Shown: piece by piece, positions 10,878-19,949 of the stretch
Numbering within the stretch: the stretch's first letter is position 1
How the letters are laid out: each line of letters opens with the position of its first letter
Assembly: GCA_021740045.1 (NCBI GenBank)
Contig: JAIPAP010000002.1
Coordinates: 13,391 to 77,390 of the forward strand
DNA: 64,000 nucleotides
Source: Bacteroidales bacterium
Lineage (GTDB): Bacteria > Bacteroidota > Bacteroidia > Bacteroidales > JAIPAP01
Reading direction: 5' to 3'
Program-made: the position numbers and the translations under genes
Notes under the pieces: generated by a model
Databases searched by the model: none
Told to the model about the DNA's origin: nothing
Seen by the model: only the letters and a program-made list of their open reading frames with translations

Positions 10878-12548
10878 ATGAAAAAGATCAGTCTTTTATT
10901 CATAATTTTTATTTCGGGACTTTTATCACTAGGCCAATCCCAACGTATGGTGATACTCGAGCATTTTACCGGAGCTTCCTGCACATTTTGCGCTGTTTAC
11001 AATCCCATGGTAGAAGAACTGCTCAATAATCACCCCGACAAAATCACTTCTATTAAATACCAGTTCTTTCTCCCCGACCCCATGTATCATCACTGTAATG
11101 AAGATATTGATGCCAGGTTGGAATACTATAATAATCAGGCTGTCCCGCACAGTATATTGGATGGTAACTTTTTCGACGATCATCCGGCCAACCTTTCCGG
11201 TGAGATTATCCTGGAGCGCTACAATGAGCCTTCGCCTTTTAACATACAGCCTCATCATGAATTATCACCCGATAATGATTCGGTTTATATCGATATGCTA
11301 ATTGAGGCCACAGCCCCCGTTAATGGTAATTTATCGGCATATATTGCCGTTGTGGAAGAGCATATCCATTTTGAAGAGCCGCCCGGACAAAACGGTGAAA
11401 CGGATTTTTATAATGTATTGAAGAAGATGTTACCGACCTCCCAGGGCAAGACGCTGCAGCAAGATTTCCAGGAAGGAGACTATGTGCTATTACAAACCCA
11501 ATGGAAAACCGAGAACTTTTATAATATCGAAAAATTGGAGGTTATTGGTTTTGTGCAGGATATGGGAACCCGGGAAATCCATCAAACGGTTGTTAGCAGC
11601 GATCAGCCCATTACACCCCTTTTTAAAAACGACGTGGAATTGATACAAACTGACCATGTTCCGGCGATCTATTGTGATCATTTGCAACCCCGGATTGTTA
11701 TCAGGAACAATGGCTCACAAACATTGAATAAGCTACAAATCAGTGCATCGATCAACAGGGAAGAGGTGTTTTCAAAAAACTGGACCGGAAATCTCAAATC
11801 ATTAGAAACAACAAGCATTCAACTCGATCCCCTGGAATTTATCCCACAGGAGCAAAACGAACTGTTAATCAGCCTCGCATCTCCTAATAATAGTAACGAT
11901 GGGTATTCAGCCAACAATGAACAGCTATTCGCCATAAAGAACGCTCCCAGGGCTTCTCAATCCATCGTACTCATGATCAAAACCGATAACAATCCCGGCG
12001 AAACTTCATGGAAGCTTATCAACAGCATGGAAGAAATCATTGAGTCCGGGGGGCCATATGATCAAGCAGGCACTTTATACTCACATAGATTAAGTTTTAA
12101 TGATGAGGGTTGTTATACCATTGTCATCTCCGATTCGGCCGGCAACGGATTTAACAGCGAAAACGGCAACGGATTTTTTCTTATCGTAGACGATTCAGGT
12201 AATCCCATGCATGAAGGAACTTTTATCAGCAACTCCATAGGTTTGCCCGTACACATGACCAGTGCCGCTACCATTAAGGAGTCGCAATCAAACACCTTAG
12301 TGCAGGTGTATCCGAATCCCGTAAGAGAGAATGTAACACTGAACATAAATGGTAACATGACCGGCCCGGTTATGATTACCTTATATAATATGTATGGAAA
12401 AAAAGTTCGACAATATGAAAAGAAAAACCTCTATAATGGGATGATAAACCTTAAACTGGACCACTTACAAGCCGGTTATTATATCCTTCAAATTACTGAT
12501 GAAAAAGGGAACACCTATACCACCGAAATGATCAAAGCAAAACCCTGA
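10878..12548 (+). CDS. T9SS cargo protein with an Omp28-related/thioredoxin-fold N-terminal region
   Basis: The track ORF begins at 10806, but that start overlaps the upstream terminator. MKKISLLFIIFISGLLSLGQ at 10878 is a proper signal peptide. The segment MVILEHFTGASCTFCAVYNP resembles the Omp28-related family. C-terminus is VYPNPVRENVTLNI...GYYILQI. Confidence 0.7.
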   Translation: MKKISLLFIIFISGLLSLGQSQRMVILEHFTGASCTFCAVYNPMVEELLNNHPDKITSIKYQFFLPDPMYHHCNEDIDARLEYYNNQAVPHSILDGNFFDDHPANLSGEIILERYNEPSPFNIQPHHELSPDNDSVYIDMLIEATAPVNGNLSAYIAVVEEHIHFEEPPGQNGETDFYNVLKKMLPTSQGKTLQQDFQEGDYVLLQTQWKTENFYNIEKLEVIGFVQDMGTREIHQTVVSSDQPITPLFKNDVELIQTDHVPAIYCDHLQPRIVIRNNGSQTLNKLQISASINREEVFSKNWTGNLKSLETTSIQLDPLEFIPQEQNELLISLASPNNSNDGYSANNEQLFAIKNAPRASQSIVLMIKTDNNPGETSWKLINSMEEIIESGGPYDQAGTLYSHRLSFNDEGCYTIVISDSAGNGFNSENGNGFFLIVDDSGNPMHEGTFISNSIGLPVHMTSAATIKESQSNTLVQVYPNPVRENVTLNINGNMTGPVMITLYNMYGKKVRQYEKKNLYNGMINLKLDHLQAGYYILQITDEKGNTYTTEMIKAKP

Positions 12549-13265
12549 TCAGCCCTTATCGCTGATCTTGACCAGGGCTTCACGGTCATGAATGGTGAAA
12601 TGATTATTGGACAGTTCAATAATGCGGGCATCTTTAAATTCCTTTAGAATACGTATGGCGCTTTCCTTACTCATGGAAGTTAAATCAGCAATGTCTTGCC
12701 TGCTTAATGGTGTTTCAAAACTGGTAGCGTTATGAATTTCATCGGCAAGGTATAATAATGCATCGGCAATACGCCCCGACATGTGCTTTTGGGTAAGGTT
12801 GATGAATTTTTTAAAGTTTTGTATTCCCTGTATATTATTCTTTTTAAGGATGTTAAGGGCCAGGTTCTGGTTCATTTTCATGATCTTCTCCAGGGAATTC
12901 ACATCTATAAAGCACGTTTGCACATCAGTTAAGGCCGCTACTGAAAAATGATGAATAAAATCAACATACATTCCCGGCCCACCAATAATGGCGTTTTCCC
13001 TGGCCACTTTAATAAGAAGGTTTTTTTTGTTAAGCCCCTCGATATATATTTTTACCATACCCTGCAGAATGCAGGCAATGTGGGTAAGCGCTGTACCTTG
13101 CTTAAACATAATTTCACCGGCGTTAAATTCAACTTCATGCCGGTTCTCATTCAGTATTTCAAGTTGTTCGGGTGATAATCCCCTAAAGATACTTTGAGTT
13201 AAACAGCATGTAGTACATGCCATCTTTCTTGAATATTTCGCCATTGAATCTCTCTTTTCCGCCAC
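12549..13265 (-). CDS. Crp/Fnr-family transcriptional regulator with an N-terminal Cys cluster
   Basis: cNMP-binding-like beta-roll and a C-terminal HTH (RQDIADLTSMSKESAIRILKEF). Cysteines sit at C17, C20, C21 and C118 (numbered from the track start), reminiscent of FNR iron-sulfur ligands. Confidence 0.85.
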   Translation of the reverse strand: MAEKRDSMAKYSRKMACTTCCLTQSIFRGLSPEQLEILNENRHEVEFNAGEIMFKQGTALTHIACILQGMVKIYIEGLNKKNLLIKVARENAIIGGPGMYVDFIHHFSVAALTDVQTCFIDVNSLEKIMKMNQNLALNILKKNNIQGIQNFKKFINLTQKHMSGRIADALLYLADEIHNATSFETPLSRQDIADLTSMSKESAIRILKEFKDARIIELSNNHFTIHDREALVKISDKG

Positions 13266-13334
13266 AAATATAGTAAATTAAATATGTTGATAAATAATTT
13301 TATACCTAAATGCACCCTAAAGGTAAATAAAATA

Positions 13335-13348
13335 TTGATATTAATCAA
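13335..13348. promoter_or_regulatory. perfect FNR/CRP-type box TTGAT-N4-ATCAA
   Basis: The sequence ttgatattaatcaa lies in the 216-bp divergent intergenic region between the Crp/Fnr gene and the first cytochrome gene. A second palindrome, ttgat-N7-atcaa, is at 13356-13372. Confidence 0.55.
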
Positions 13349-13481
13349 CATATACTTGATGCCGGTCATCAAAAAATTGGGTTTACTTCTTTTTAAGCAA
13401 AGAGGTATATCAGGCTTAAAAACATTCATCGATTTATATTAATATGTAATATTGTGAATGATTTCACGAAGAAATTTATGA

Positions 13482-14543
13482 ATGATGACCAAAAAACTTA
13501 CAATCATGAAACGATTTAATTTACTAGCACTTATGATGGCCATATTCATTGGCTCGGCAATTATTTTTGCAGGATGTACAAAGGAAGGACCGCAAGGCCC
13601 TCCAGGTAAGGACGGCGAAGACGGTGTTGACGGCGAAGACGGCACTGCCGGCTGTATTGAATGCCATGATGATTCACAAACGATCTTTGCAGCTGAAAAT
13701 CAATGGGCAGCATCGGTACATGCCACCGGAGGCAATTTTGAGCGTAACGGTACAGATTGTGCGCCATGTCACACCAGCCAGGGATTTCTGGAAGTTATCG
13801 AAACCGGAGCTATGGAAACAGAAGCCCCCATTAGCAATCCAAATCCCCAAAACTGTTATACCTGTCATAATATCCATGACACATACACACCCGAAGATTG
13901 GAGCTTTACAACTTCTGCTCCGGTTGAATTCTGGATTAACGGTGATGGGTATGATATGGGCAAATCGAACGTGTGTGCAGGATGCCACCAGCCCAGAGTT
14001 CCTGATCCACTACCAACACCCGGGCAGGGCGGTAATGTAACCATCAATTCACCCTATTGGGGTCCGCACCATGGCCCGCAAGCAGCTATGCTGGTGGGAA
14101 CCGGTGGTTACGAAGTAGGAAGTGGCTACGACAACTCGGCCCATACCAATGCCCTTGAGAATGGATGTGTAACATGCCACATGGCGGAGCCCTATGGTAC
14201 TCAGGCAGGCGGTCATACCATGGGAATGACTTATGCGTATCATGGCCATGGCGTGGTGAATAAGGCTGGCTGCACAGCTTGCCACACCGATCCGGATGCC
14301 TTGGACGCTAAGATTGAAAGCACTAAAGAGGACATTGACGAAAAACTGGCCGAACTACGCAGTAAGCTTCTCGAACGTGGAGTATTGGATAGCAGCGACC
14401 ACGTAGTGCCCGGTGAAATGAGCATGGATGAAGCAGGCGGTGTGTTCAACTACCTTTATGTTATGGAAGATCGCAGCGGTGGTAGCCATAATTTCAACTA
14501 TGCCTTTTCCCTACTGAATAACAGTCTTGAATCATTGAATTAA
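13482..14543 (+). CDS. hexahaem c-type cytochrome lipoprotein with a collagen-like Gly-X-Y tract
   Basis: Lipobox IIFAGC. GPQGPPGKDGEDGVDGEDGTAG follows it immediately. Six CXXCH motifs (CIECH, CAPCH, CYTCH, CAGCH, CVTCH, CTACH). The alternative start MKRFNLL at 13506 gives a cleaner signal peptide. Confidence 0.85.
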   Translation: MMTKKLTIMKRFNLLALMMAIFIGSAIIFAGCTKEGPQGPPGKDGEDGVDGEDGTAGCIECHDDSQTIFAAENQWAASVHATGGNFERNGTDCAPCHTSQGFLEVIETGAMETEAPISNPNPQNCYTCHNIHDTYTPEDWSFTTSAPVEFWINGDGYDMGKSNVCAGCHQPRVPDPLPTPGQGGNVTINSPYWGPHHGPQAAMLVGTGGYEVGSGYDNSAHTNALENGCVTCHMAEPYGTQAGGHTMGMTYAYHGHGVVNKAGCTACHTDPDALDAKIESTKEDIDEKLAELRSKLLERGVLDSSDHVVPGEMSMDEAGGVFNYLYVMEDRSGGSHNFNYAFSLLNNSLESLN

Positions 14544-14563
14544 TAATGAATGGAATCAAAGTG

Positions 14564-14595
14564 CGAAAAAAGGTTTCTGTAGAGGCCTTTTTTCG
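14564..14595 (+). terminator. hairpin terminator after the hexahaem gene
   Basis: 10-bp stem cgaaaaaagg / ccttttttcg with the T-run embedded in the 3-prime arm, 21 nt after the stop. Confidence 0.5.
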
Positions 14596-14697
14596 TGCTT
14601 CATGTACTAAGTCAATATATGATGAAACAATTTGTATGTAATTATCCTTTATATTAATGTACAATGTTTCTTCACTTAATTAAAAAACGACGAGCGA

Positions 14698-15090
14698 ATG
14701 AAAGGTTGGAAAATATTCAGAATAGGAATCATATTCATGATAGTGGCAGCTTTTACATCATGCGAATATGAATTTATCGAGCCGCCTCAACCCGATTTTA
14801 ACGGCGAGGATAGTGTTTTAAGCTTTTCCGATAAAATTCTCCCCATTTTTACGGATGGTGATAACTGTACATCATGCCACAACAGCGGCGGGACCCCACC
14901 CGATCTTACAGCGGGCAATGCCTATAACAGCATTATGAATAATAATCTGGTTGACACGGCTGCACCCGAGCAAAGTGTACTTTATGATTATGTAAGACCG
15001 GATACCGATAGCCACGACTGGAAAGCGTATACCTCAACCGAAGCTCAGCTGGTTCTTGAATGGATCAAACAAGGAGCTAAGAATAATTAA
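14698..15090 (+). CDS. small monohaem c-type cytochrome lipoprotein
   Basis: Signal peptide ending in the lipobox AFTSC, followed by an acidic stretch EYEFIEPPQPDFNGED. There is a single CTSCH motif. Confidence 0.7.
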   Translation: MKGWKIFRIGIIFMIVAAFTSCEYEFIEPPQPDFNGEDSVLSFSDKILPIFTDGDNCTSCHNSGGTPPDLTAGNAYNSIMNNNLVDTAAPEQSVLYDYVRPDTDSHDWKAYTSTEAQLVLEWIKQGAKNN

Positions 15091-15986
15091 TGTCGGAACG
15101 AAAAAATATGAGGATGATGAAGAATAAAATAGTATGGCTTGTGTTGATCGGTTTGATCATTACAACAACTGCTTTTGCACAAGATGAACAAAAACGCCAG
15201 GATCCACCGGTAAGAGCACCCTTCGAAAGCGGTGTGCTTATCGACAATCAAACGGTTCAGATACCTTATAAAAACACCCTTGAATTTGTTATCGAACACC
15301 GTTTTGGAACTATTGATAACGGCTTAACCGATATGTACGGTCTTTATGCACCGTCGAATATCAGGTTGGGGCTGAATTACAGCATTACCGACGATATTAT
15401 GGTAGGGGCTGGAATTACCAAAGATCGTAAACTTACCGACCTGCGCGGTAAATATAGTATTATAAAGCAAACCCGGAATAACAGCATTCCGGTGTCGGTT
15501 TCCTTTTACGGAAACATGGCAATTGATGGAAGGGAAGATGCTTACTTTGGCGAACAATATGAGTTTACCAACCGCTTCTCCTATTTTTCCCAATTGATCT
15601 TTTCCCATAAATTCGATTACCGTTTCTCATTCCAGGTGGCCCCGAGCTTTTCGCATATTAATGCAGTGGACTCGGCTTACGAGCATGATAAACTTGCCGT
15701 CTCGCTGAGTGGCCGGGCACGTTTTAGCCCTCAGTCATCTATTATCGTAAACTACGATATTCCATTGCACATTGAAAGCATGCAGGAACACGCTACCTTA
15801 AATATAAAGCCGAAACCAAACCTCGGTGTAGGATGGGAGGTATCCACCAGCACCCACGTTTTCCAGATCTTTGTGGGAACGGCCGATGCTATGATGCCCC
15901 AGTACAATATTATGTTTAACCGTAATGACTGGACTGATGGAGAGATCATGCTCGGATTTAACATTACGCGATTATGGAGTTTCTAG
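15090..15986 (+). CDS. predicted outer-membrane beta-barrel protein
   Basis: TAATG stop/start overlap with the upstream gene. Signal peptide (VWLVLIGLIITTTAFAQ). Alternating amphipathic strands throughout. C-terminal GFNITRLWSF ends in Phe, a beta-signal-like terminus. The start may be an internal Met (MRMMKNK). Confidence 0.6.
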   Translation: MSERKNMRMMKNKIVWLVLIGLIITTTAFAQDEQKRQDPPVRAPFESGVLIDNQTVQIPYKNTLEFVIEHRFGTIDNGLTDMYGLYAPSNIRLGLNYSITDDIMVGAGITKDRKLTDLRGKYSIIKQTRNNSIPVSVSFYGNMAIDGREDAYFGEQYEFTNRFSYFSQLIFSHKFDYRFSFQVAPSFSHINAVDSAYEHDKLAVSLSGRARFSPQSSIIVNYDIPLHIESMQEHATLNIKPKPNLGVGWEVSTSTHVFQIFVGTADAMMPQYNIMFNRNDWTDGEIMLGFNITRLWSF

Positions 15987-16023
15987 CAAATAATTTTGTT
16001 AAAAATATAAAAGAGGAGAGATT

Positions 16024-16440
16024 ATGAAGAAGAATATGTTATCGGTACTGCTTGTGAGTTTTGCCGCCATTATGCTTATGGCGTTTACAGCACCGCAGGA
16101 TAAGAAAAAAGGCGAGCCTTGGGATATCCCTGAAAAATATCAGAAAATGGAAAATCCCCATAAAGGTGATAAAGGCATGGTTCGTATAGGAAAAATGCTT
16201 TATTCCAAGCATTGCAAATCATGCCACGGTAACCGTGGACAAGGTGACGGACCGCGAGCCAGGCAACTGGAAACCTTCCCCGGGGACTTCACTTCCGAGG
16301 AATTCCAGGAACGCAAAGCCGGTGTATTGTACTATCAGTCATTCATCGGACGTGATGAGATGCCCAACTTCGAAAAGGAAATCCCTGTTGAAGAAGATCG
16401 CTGGGCTATTATTAACTACTTAAGAACATTCGGAGAATAA
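16024..16440 (+). CDS. periplasmic monohaem class I cytochrome c (paralog 1)
   Basis: Signal peptide, CKSCHG haem motif, distal Met candidate in GRDEMPNF, and an RBS-like aggagag upstream. Confidence 0.85.
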   Translation: MKKNMLSVLLVSFAAIMLMAFTAPQDKKKGEPWDIPEKYQKMENPHKGDKGMVRIGKMLYSKHCKSCHGNRGQGDGPRARQLETFPGDFTSEEFQERKAGVLYYQSFIGRDEMPNFEKEIPVEEDRWAIINYLRTFGE

Positions 16441-16458
16441 ACCTATAATGAATGTTAA

Positions 16459-16524
16459 AACCCTGTTCGCACCCGGTTTGGAGTAAGTGATTATTCCTCT
16501 GTAAGGCATGGTGCGCACAGGGTT
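16459..16524 (+). terminator. long-loop hairpin downstream of the cytochrome c gene
   Basis: 15-bp arms aaccctgttcgcacc / ggtgcgcacagggtt (1 mismatch) with a ~36-nt loop, followed by gtttatt. Confidence 0.35.
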
Positions 16525-16557
16525 GTTTATTAAGATGATAACTTTAAATTAACTACC

Positions 16558-17520
16558 ATGAGCGGGCGAAATCTGATAATTTTTCTTTCGATCTCAATAA
16601 CATTACTACTAGGTACTTCCGCAGCTCCGGCCCAGGAACAAGATACAACCGGCTTACCCGAAAACGTGAAAGCTAATGAAGAATGCCTGAGCTGCCATGG
16701 CAATGAATATTATTCATACTTTAACCGGTGGCTCGACAGGAATGTACGCGACCGGATGAATCCTTATTATATCATCGATTCATCCAAATTCTATCATTCC
16801 AACCATAGCACCTTTAAATGTATCGATTGCCATTCTTATGAATATGATACTTTCCCCCACCCGGGCGGATTAAGGTTGGAACCCCAGTACACATGCATGG
16901 ACTGCCATGCATGGGGGGAGGAATGGGAAAAATTCAATTTCGAGACCATCCAGAAAGAATTCCAGGAAAGCGTCCATTACCAGGAACACAATCAATCATT
17001 CGATTGCTGGATGTGTCATGAGCCACACTCCTATAAATTAACGGCTCGTAAATCCGACACCATTAAAAATATTGTGGCTTACAACAATTCGATCTGTTTA
17101 AGCTGTCATTCCAATACAGATAAATACCAACTAATTGCCGAAAAAGAAAATCCCAACCTTATTGAAAGCCACGATTGGTTACCCAATCAGCGATTGCATT
17201 TTAATAATGTTCGTTGCCTCGAGTGTCATGCTAAAAAAGTAGACACCCTGATGGTGGCTCATAATATACGGCCCAAAGAAGAAGCTGTGCGGAAATGCGC
17301 AGAATGTCATTCGAGGAATTCCATGCTTATGGCTAGTTTATACAAATATAAATCAAAACAGGCCCGGCAAGAATATGGTTTTCTGAATGCGATTATGATG
17401 AGTGAATCATTTGTTATAGGAGCCAACAGAAACCAAATCCTCAATACAATCAGTCTGGTCATTTTCGGACTTGTAATACTCGGGATTGTAATTCATACTA
17501 TCTTGCGAATTATAAACTAA
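16558..17520 (+). CDS. heptahaem c-type cytochrome with a C-terminal membrane anchor
   Basis: Signal peptide. Seven CXXCH motifs (CLSCH, CIDCH, CMDCH, CWMCH, CLSCH, CLECH, CAECH). C-terminal hydrophobic helix ISLVIFGLVILGIVIHTIL. Confidence 0.85.
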   Translation: MSGRNLIIFLSISITLLLGTSAAPAQEQDTTGLPENVKANEECLSCHGNEYYSYFNRWLDRNVRDRMNPYYIIDSSKFYHSNHSTFKCIDCHSYEYDTFPHPGGLRLEPQYTCMDCHAWGEEWEKFNFETIQKEFQESVHYQEHNQSFDCWMCHEPHSYKLTARKSDTIKNIVAYNNSICLSCHSNTDKYQLIAEKENPNLIESHDWLPNQRLHFNNVRCLECHAKKVDTLMVAHNIRPKEEAVRKCAECHSRNSMLMASLYKYKSKQARQEYGFLNAIMMSESFVIGANRNQILNTISLVIFGLVILGIVIHTILRIIN

Positions 17521-17539
17521 ACTGAAGATAAAAGAAGAA

Positions 17540-18175
17540 ATGGGAAAAAAGATCTATCATTATCCGTTTTGGATTCGCCTTTGGCACTGGGTTAATGCAG
17601 TATTATGTATCCTTCTGATCTTCTCCGGCTTGAGTATGCAATATTCTGATCCGCAAAACTACTTTATTTCTTTCGATGTGGCGGTATCAATGCATAATGT
17701 TTCGGGAATATTATTAACTCTCGGATACATAGGCTTTTTGATCGGTAATATCAGAACATCCAATGGCAGTTATTACAAAATTAACTGGTCTACCATCGGG
17801 CGCGATCTGATAAAACAGCTTAGGTACTACATGTTTGGGATGTTTAGAAAGGAAAAGACACCTTTCCCGATCAATGATAAGCGAAAATTGAATCCTTTGC
17901 AAAAAGTAACCTATGATGGTGTTATGTACCTTCTGCTTCCCTTATTGATTATAACCGGCTGGGCATTGCTCTTTCCGGAGATAATACTTGACCGTTTGTT
18001 TGGGGTAAGCGGGTTGCAATTAAACGACCTGGTGCATATCATTACCGGGTTCTTGGTTTCCATCTTTTTGGTTGTCCATATCTACTTCAGCACAATTGGA
18101 GCAACGCCTTCAGCACATTTTGAGGCAATGATCAATGGATATCATAAGATGCATGATGAACCGGAAAGCCACTAA
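17540..18175 (+). CDS. membrane b-type cytochrome (Ni/Fe-hydrogenase/FdnI/PhsC-like cytochrome b family)
   Basis: Four to five TM helices with conserved His residues. The N-terminal motif FWIRLWHWVNAVLCILLIFSGL is typical of this family. The gene starts 19 nt after the heptahaem gene. Confidence 0.7.
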   Translation: MGKKIYHYPFWIRLWHWVNAVLCILLIFSGLSMQYSDPQNYFISFDVAVSMHNVSGILLTLGYIGFLIGNIRTSNGSYYKINWSTIGRDLIKQLRYYMFGMFRKEKTPFPINDKRKLNPLQKVTYDGVMYLLLPLLIITGWALLFPEIILDRLFGVSGLQLNDLVHIITGFLVSIFLVVHIYFSTIGATPSAHFEAMINGYHKMHDEPESH

Positions 18176-18276
18176 CTAGTTACAGCAACAGAAGGACAGC
18201 TATCAGTAAGAGACTCAAGAATCACACTATATTAAGCGGAAGGAATGAATAGCTCATAAACTAAAACCGAAAAACC

Positions 18277-19779
18277 ATGAAATTACCCAAGGCCTTTTAC
18301 AACTGGACTTCCCTGTCGGGAGCAACTTTAGCAATGATAAGCTTTTTTATCATTGTCTTCTTGATTTTGATATCGATGATTTATTCCGGCGGTAGTTCTT
18401 ATCTTGGGTTGTTCACTTACATTATTTTACCGGTATTTCTTGTTATTGGGTTAATTCTTATTCCCATCGGGATGATAAGGAAGACCAAAAAAGATAAGAA
18501 AACCGCTCCTGCACCTGAACAAAAAAAGTGGCCGATTCTCAACCTGAACGATACCCGTTACAGGAATGCTCTGATAGTTTTCTCCTTCGGAACGCTCATT
18601 TTCCTGATGGTATCGGCCATTGGGAGTTACGAGGCTTATCATTATACCGAATCGGTTGAATTTTGCGGCAAAGTGTGCCACGAAGTGATGAAGCCCGAAT
18701 ATATAGCTTATCAGAATTCACCACATGCCAGGGTAGCATGCGTAGATTGCCATGTTGGGCCGGGAGCCGGATGGTATGTAAAATCCAAATTATCGGGTTT
18801 ATACCAGGTATATGCGGTTACAACCGGTAATTACCCCAAGCCCATACCCACGCCGGTTGAAAATTTACGCCCGGCCAGAGAAACCTGTGAAGAATGCCAT
18901 TGGCCTCAAAAATTTTATTCCCGTAAGCTAAAATTCCGCAAACACTATTTGGCTGACACTAAAAATACCGAGTGGGATATTACTATGGAAATGAAAATAG
19001 GTTCCAATTATGAGGCATTAGGACTTAAGGAGGGAATTCACTGGCACATCAACCCGGATGTTAAAATCGAATACATTGCCGCTGATGACAAACGGGAAGT
19101 AATACCATGGGTACGCTATACCGATACTAAAACAGGCGAATCGGTTATTTATCAAAGCCCCGATACCACCATTAACGCCAAGCAGGTAGAGCCATCAAAA
19201 ATCCGCACCATGGATTGTATTGATTGCCATAACCGGCCATCGCATAATTATCATCCTCCGCAGGAATATTTCGATAATGCCATTACCGCCGGAAAAGTGC
19301 CCAAAGAATTACCCGATATTAAAGTAGCTGCTATGGGCGTTTTAAGCGAAGATTACCCAACCACCGATAGCGCCATGGAATTTATCGAAAGCGAAATTAA
19401 TACCTATTACGAGTTATTGTACCCTGAAGTATACGACACTGCCAAAGCCCTGATCGATCAGGCCATAGAAGCAACAAAGGAAGAATTCAAAAAGAACGTA
19501 TTCCCGGGCATGAAGGTTAAATGGAATAAATACCCCAATCACATCGGGCATCTTAACTCCGAAGGATGTGTTCGTTGCCATGACGATAAGCATGTTTCCA
19601 TGAATGGCCGTACCATTTCACGTGATTGTAATTCATGCCATGACATTGTTGCCCAGGGAACACCCGGTAAAATGGAACAAGCGTCGGCCTTGGAAACCCT
19701 CGAATTCAAACACCCCATTGATATAGGTGAGGCCTGGAGAGAAACTCACTGTGCTGATTGTCATAAAGACTTGTATTAA
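18277..19779 (+). CDS. membrane-anchored multihaem cytochrome with a NapC/NirT-like region (ImcH-like architecture)
   Basis: Two to three N-terminal TM helices. The NapC/NirT-like signature is CGKVCHEVMKPEYIAYQNSPHARVACVDCH. There are six CXXCH motifs (CVDCH, CEECH, CIDCH, CVRCH, CNSCH, CADCH) plus one CX3CH (CGKVCH). Confidence 0.8.
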   Translation: MKLPKAFYNWTSLSGATLAMISFFIIVFLILISMIYSGGSSYLGLFTYIILPVFLVIGLILIPIGMIRKTKKDKKTAPAPEQKKWPILNLNDTRYRNALIVFSFGTLIFLMVSAIGSYEAYHYTESVEFCGKVCHEVMKPEYIAYQNSPHARVACVDCHVGPGAGWYVKSKLSGLYQVYAVTTGNYPKPIPTPVENLRPARETCEECHWPQKFYSRKLKFRKHYLADTKNTEWDITMEMKIGSNYEALGLKEGIHWHINPDVKIEYIAADDKREVIPWVRYTDTKTGESVIYQSPDTTINAKQVEPSKIRTMDCIDCHNRPSHNYHPPQEYFDNAITAGKVPKELPDIKVAAMGVLSEDYPTTDSAMEFIESEINTYYELLYPEVYDTAKALIDQAIEATKEEFKKNVFPGMKVKWNKYPNHIGHLNSEGCVRCHDDKHVSMNGRTISRDCNSCHDIVAQGTPGKMEQASALETLEFKHPIDIGEAWRETHCADCHKDLY

Positions 19780-19949
19780 ATCCTATTAACATATTTTCCA
19801 TGTATACATGCGGCTTGACTGATAAGCAAAGGCTAATCTATTTTTAAATTCATAGTGCATATTGCTGAGATAAATGTGGTATTATTTTGATTTTTAAACA
19901 CCTTGTTTTACTTTAGTGAATAATTAGAACCCTAAAAAAAGGAGCAACT

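Noticed and set aside
12546-12551. Convergent stop codons forming TGATCA with zero spacer between the T9SS cargo gene and the Crp/Fnr gene
   Set aside because: This is a real feature but just compact gene packing, with no evidence of function.
13549-14040. 163-aa alternative-frame ORF, and several minus-strand ORFs, inside the hexahaem cytochrome gene
   Set aside because: The 13482 frame carries a lipobox and six CXXCH motifs. The alternatives have no motifs.
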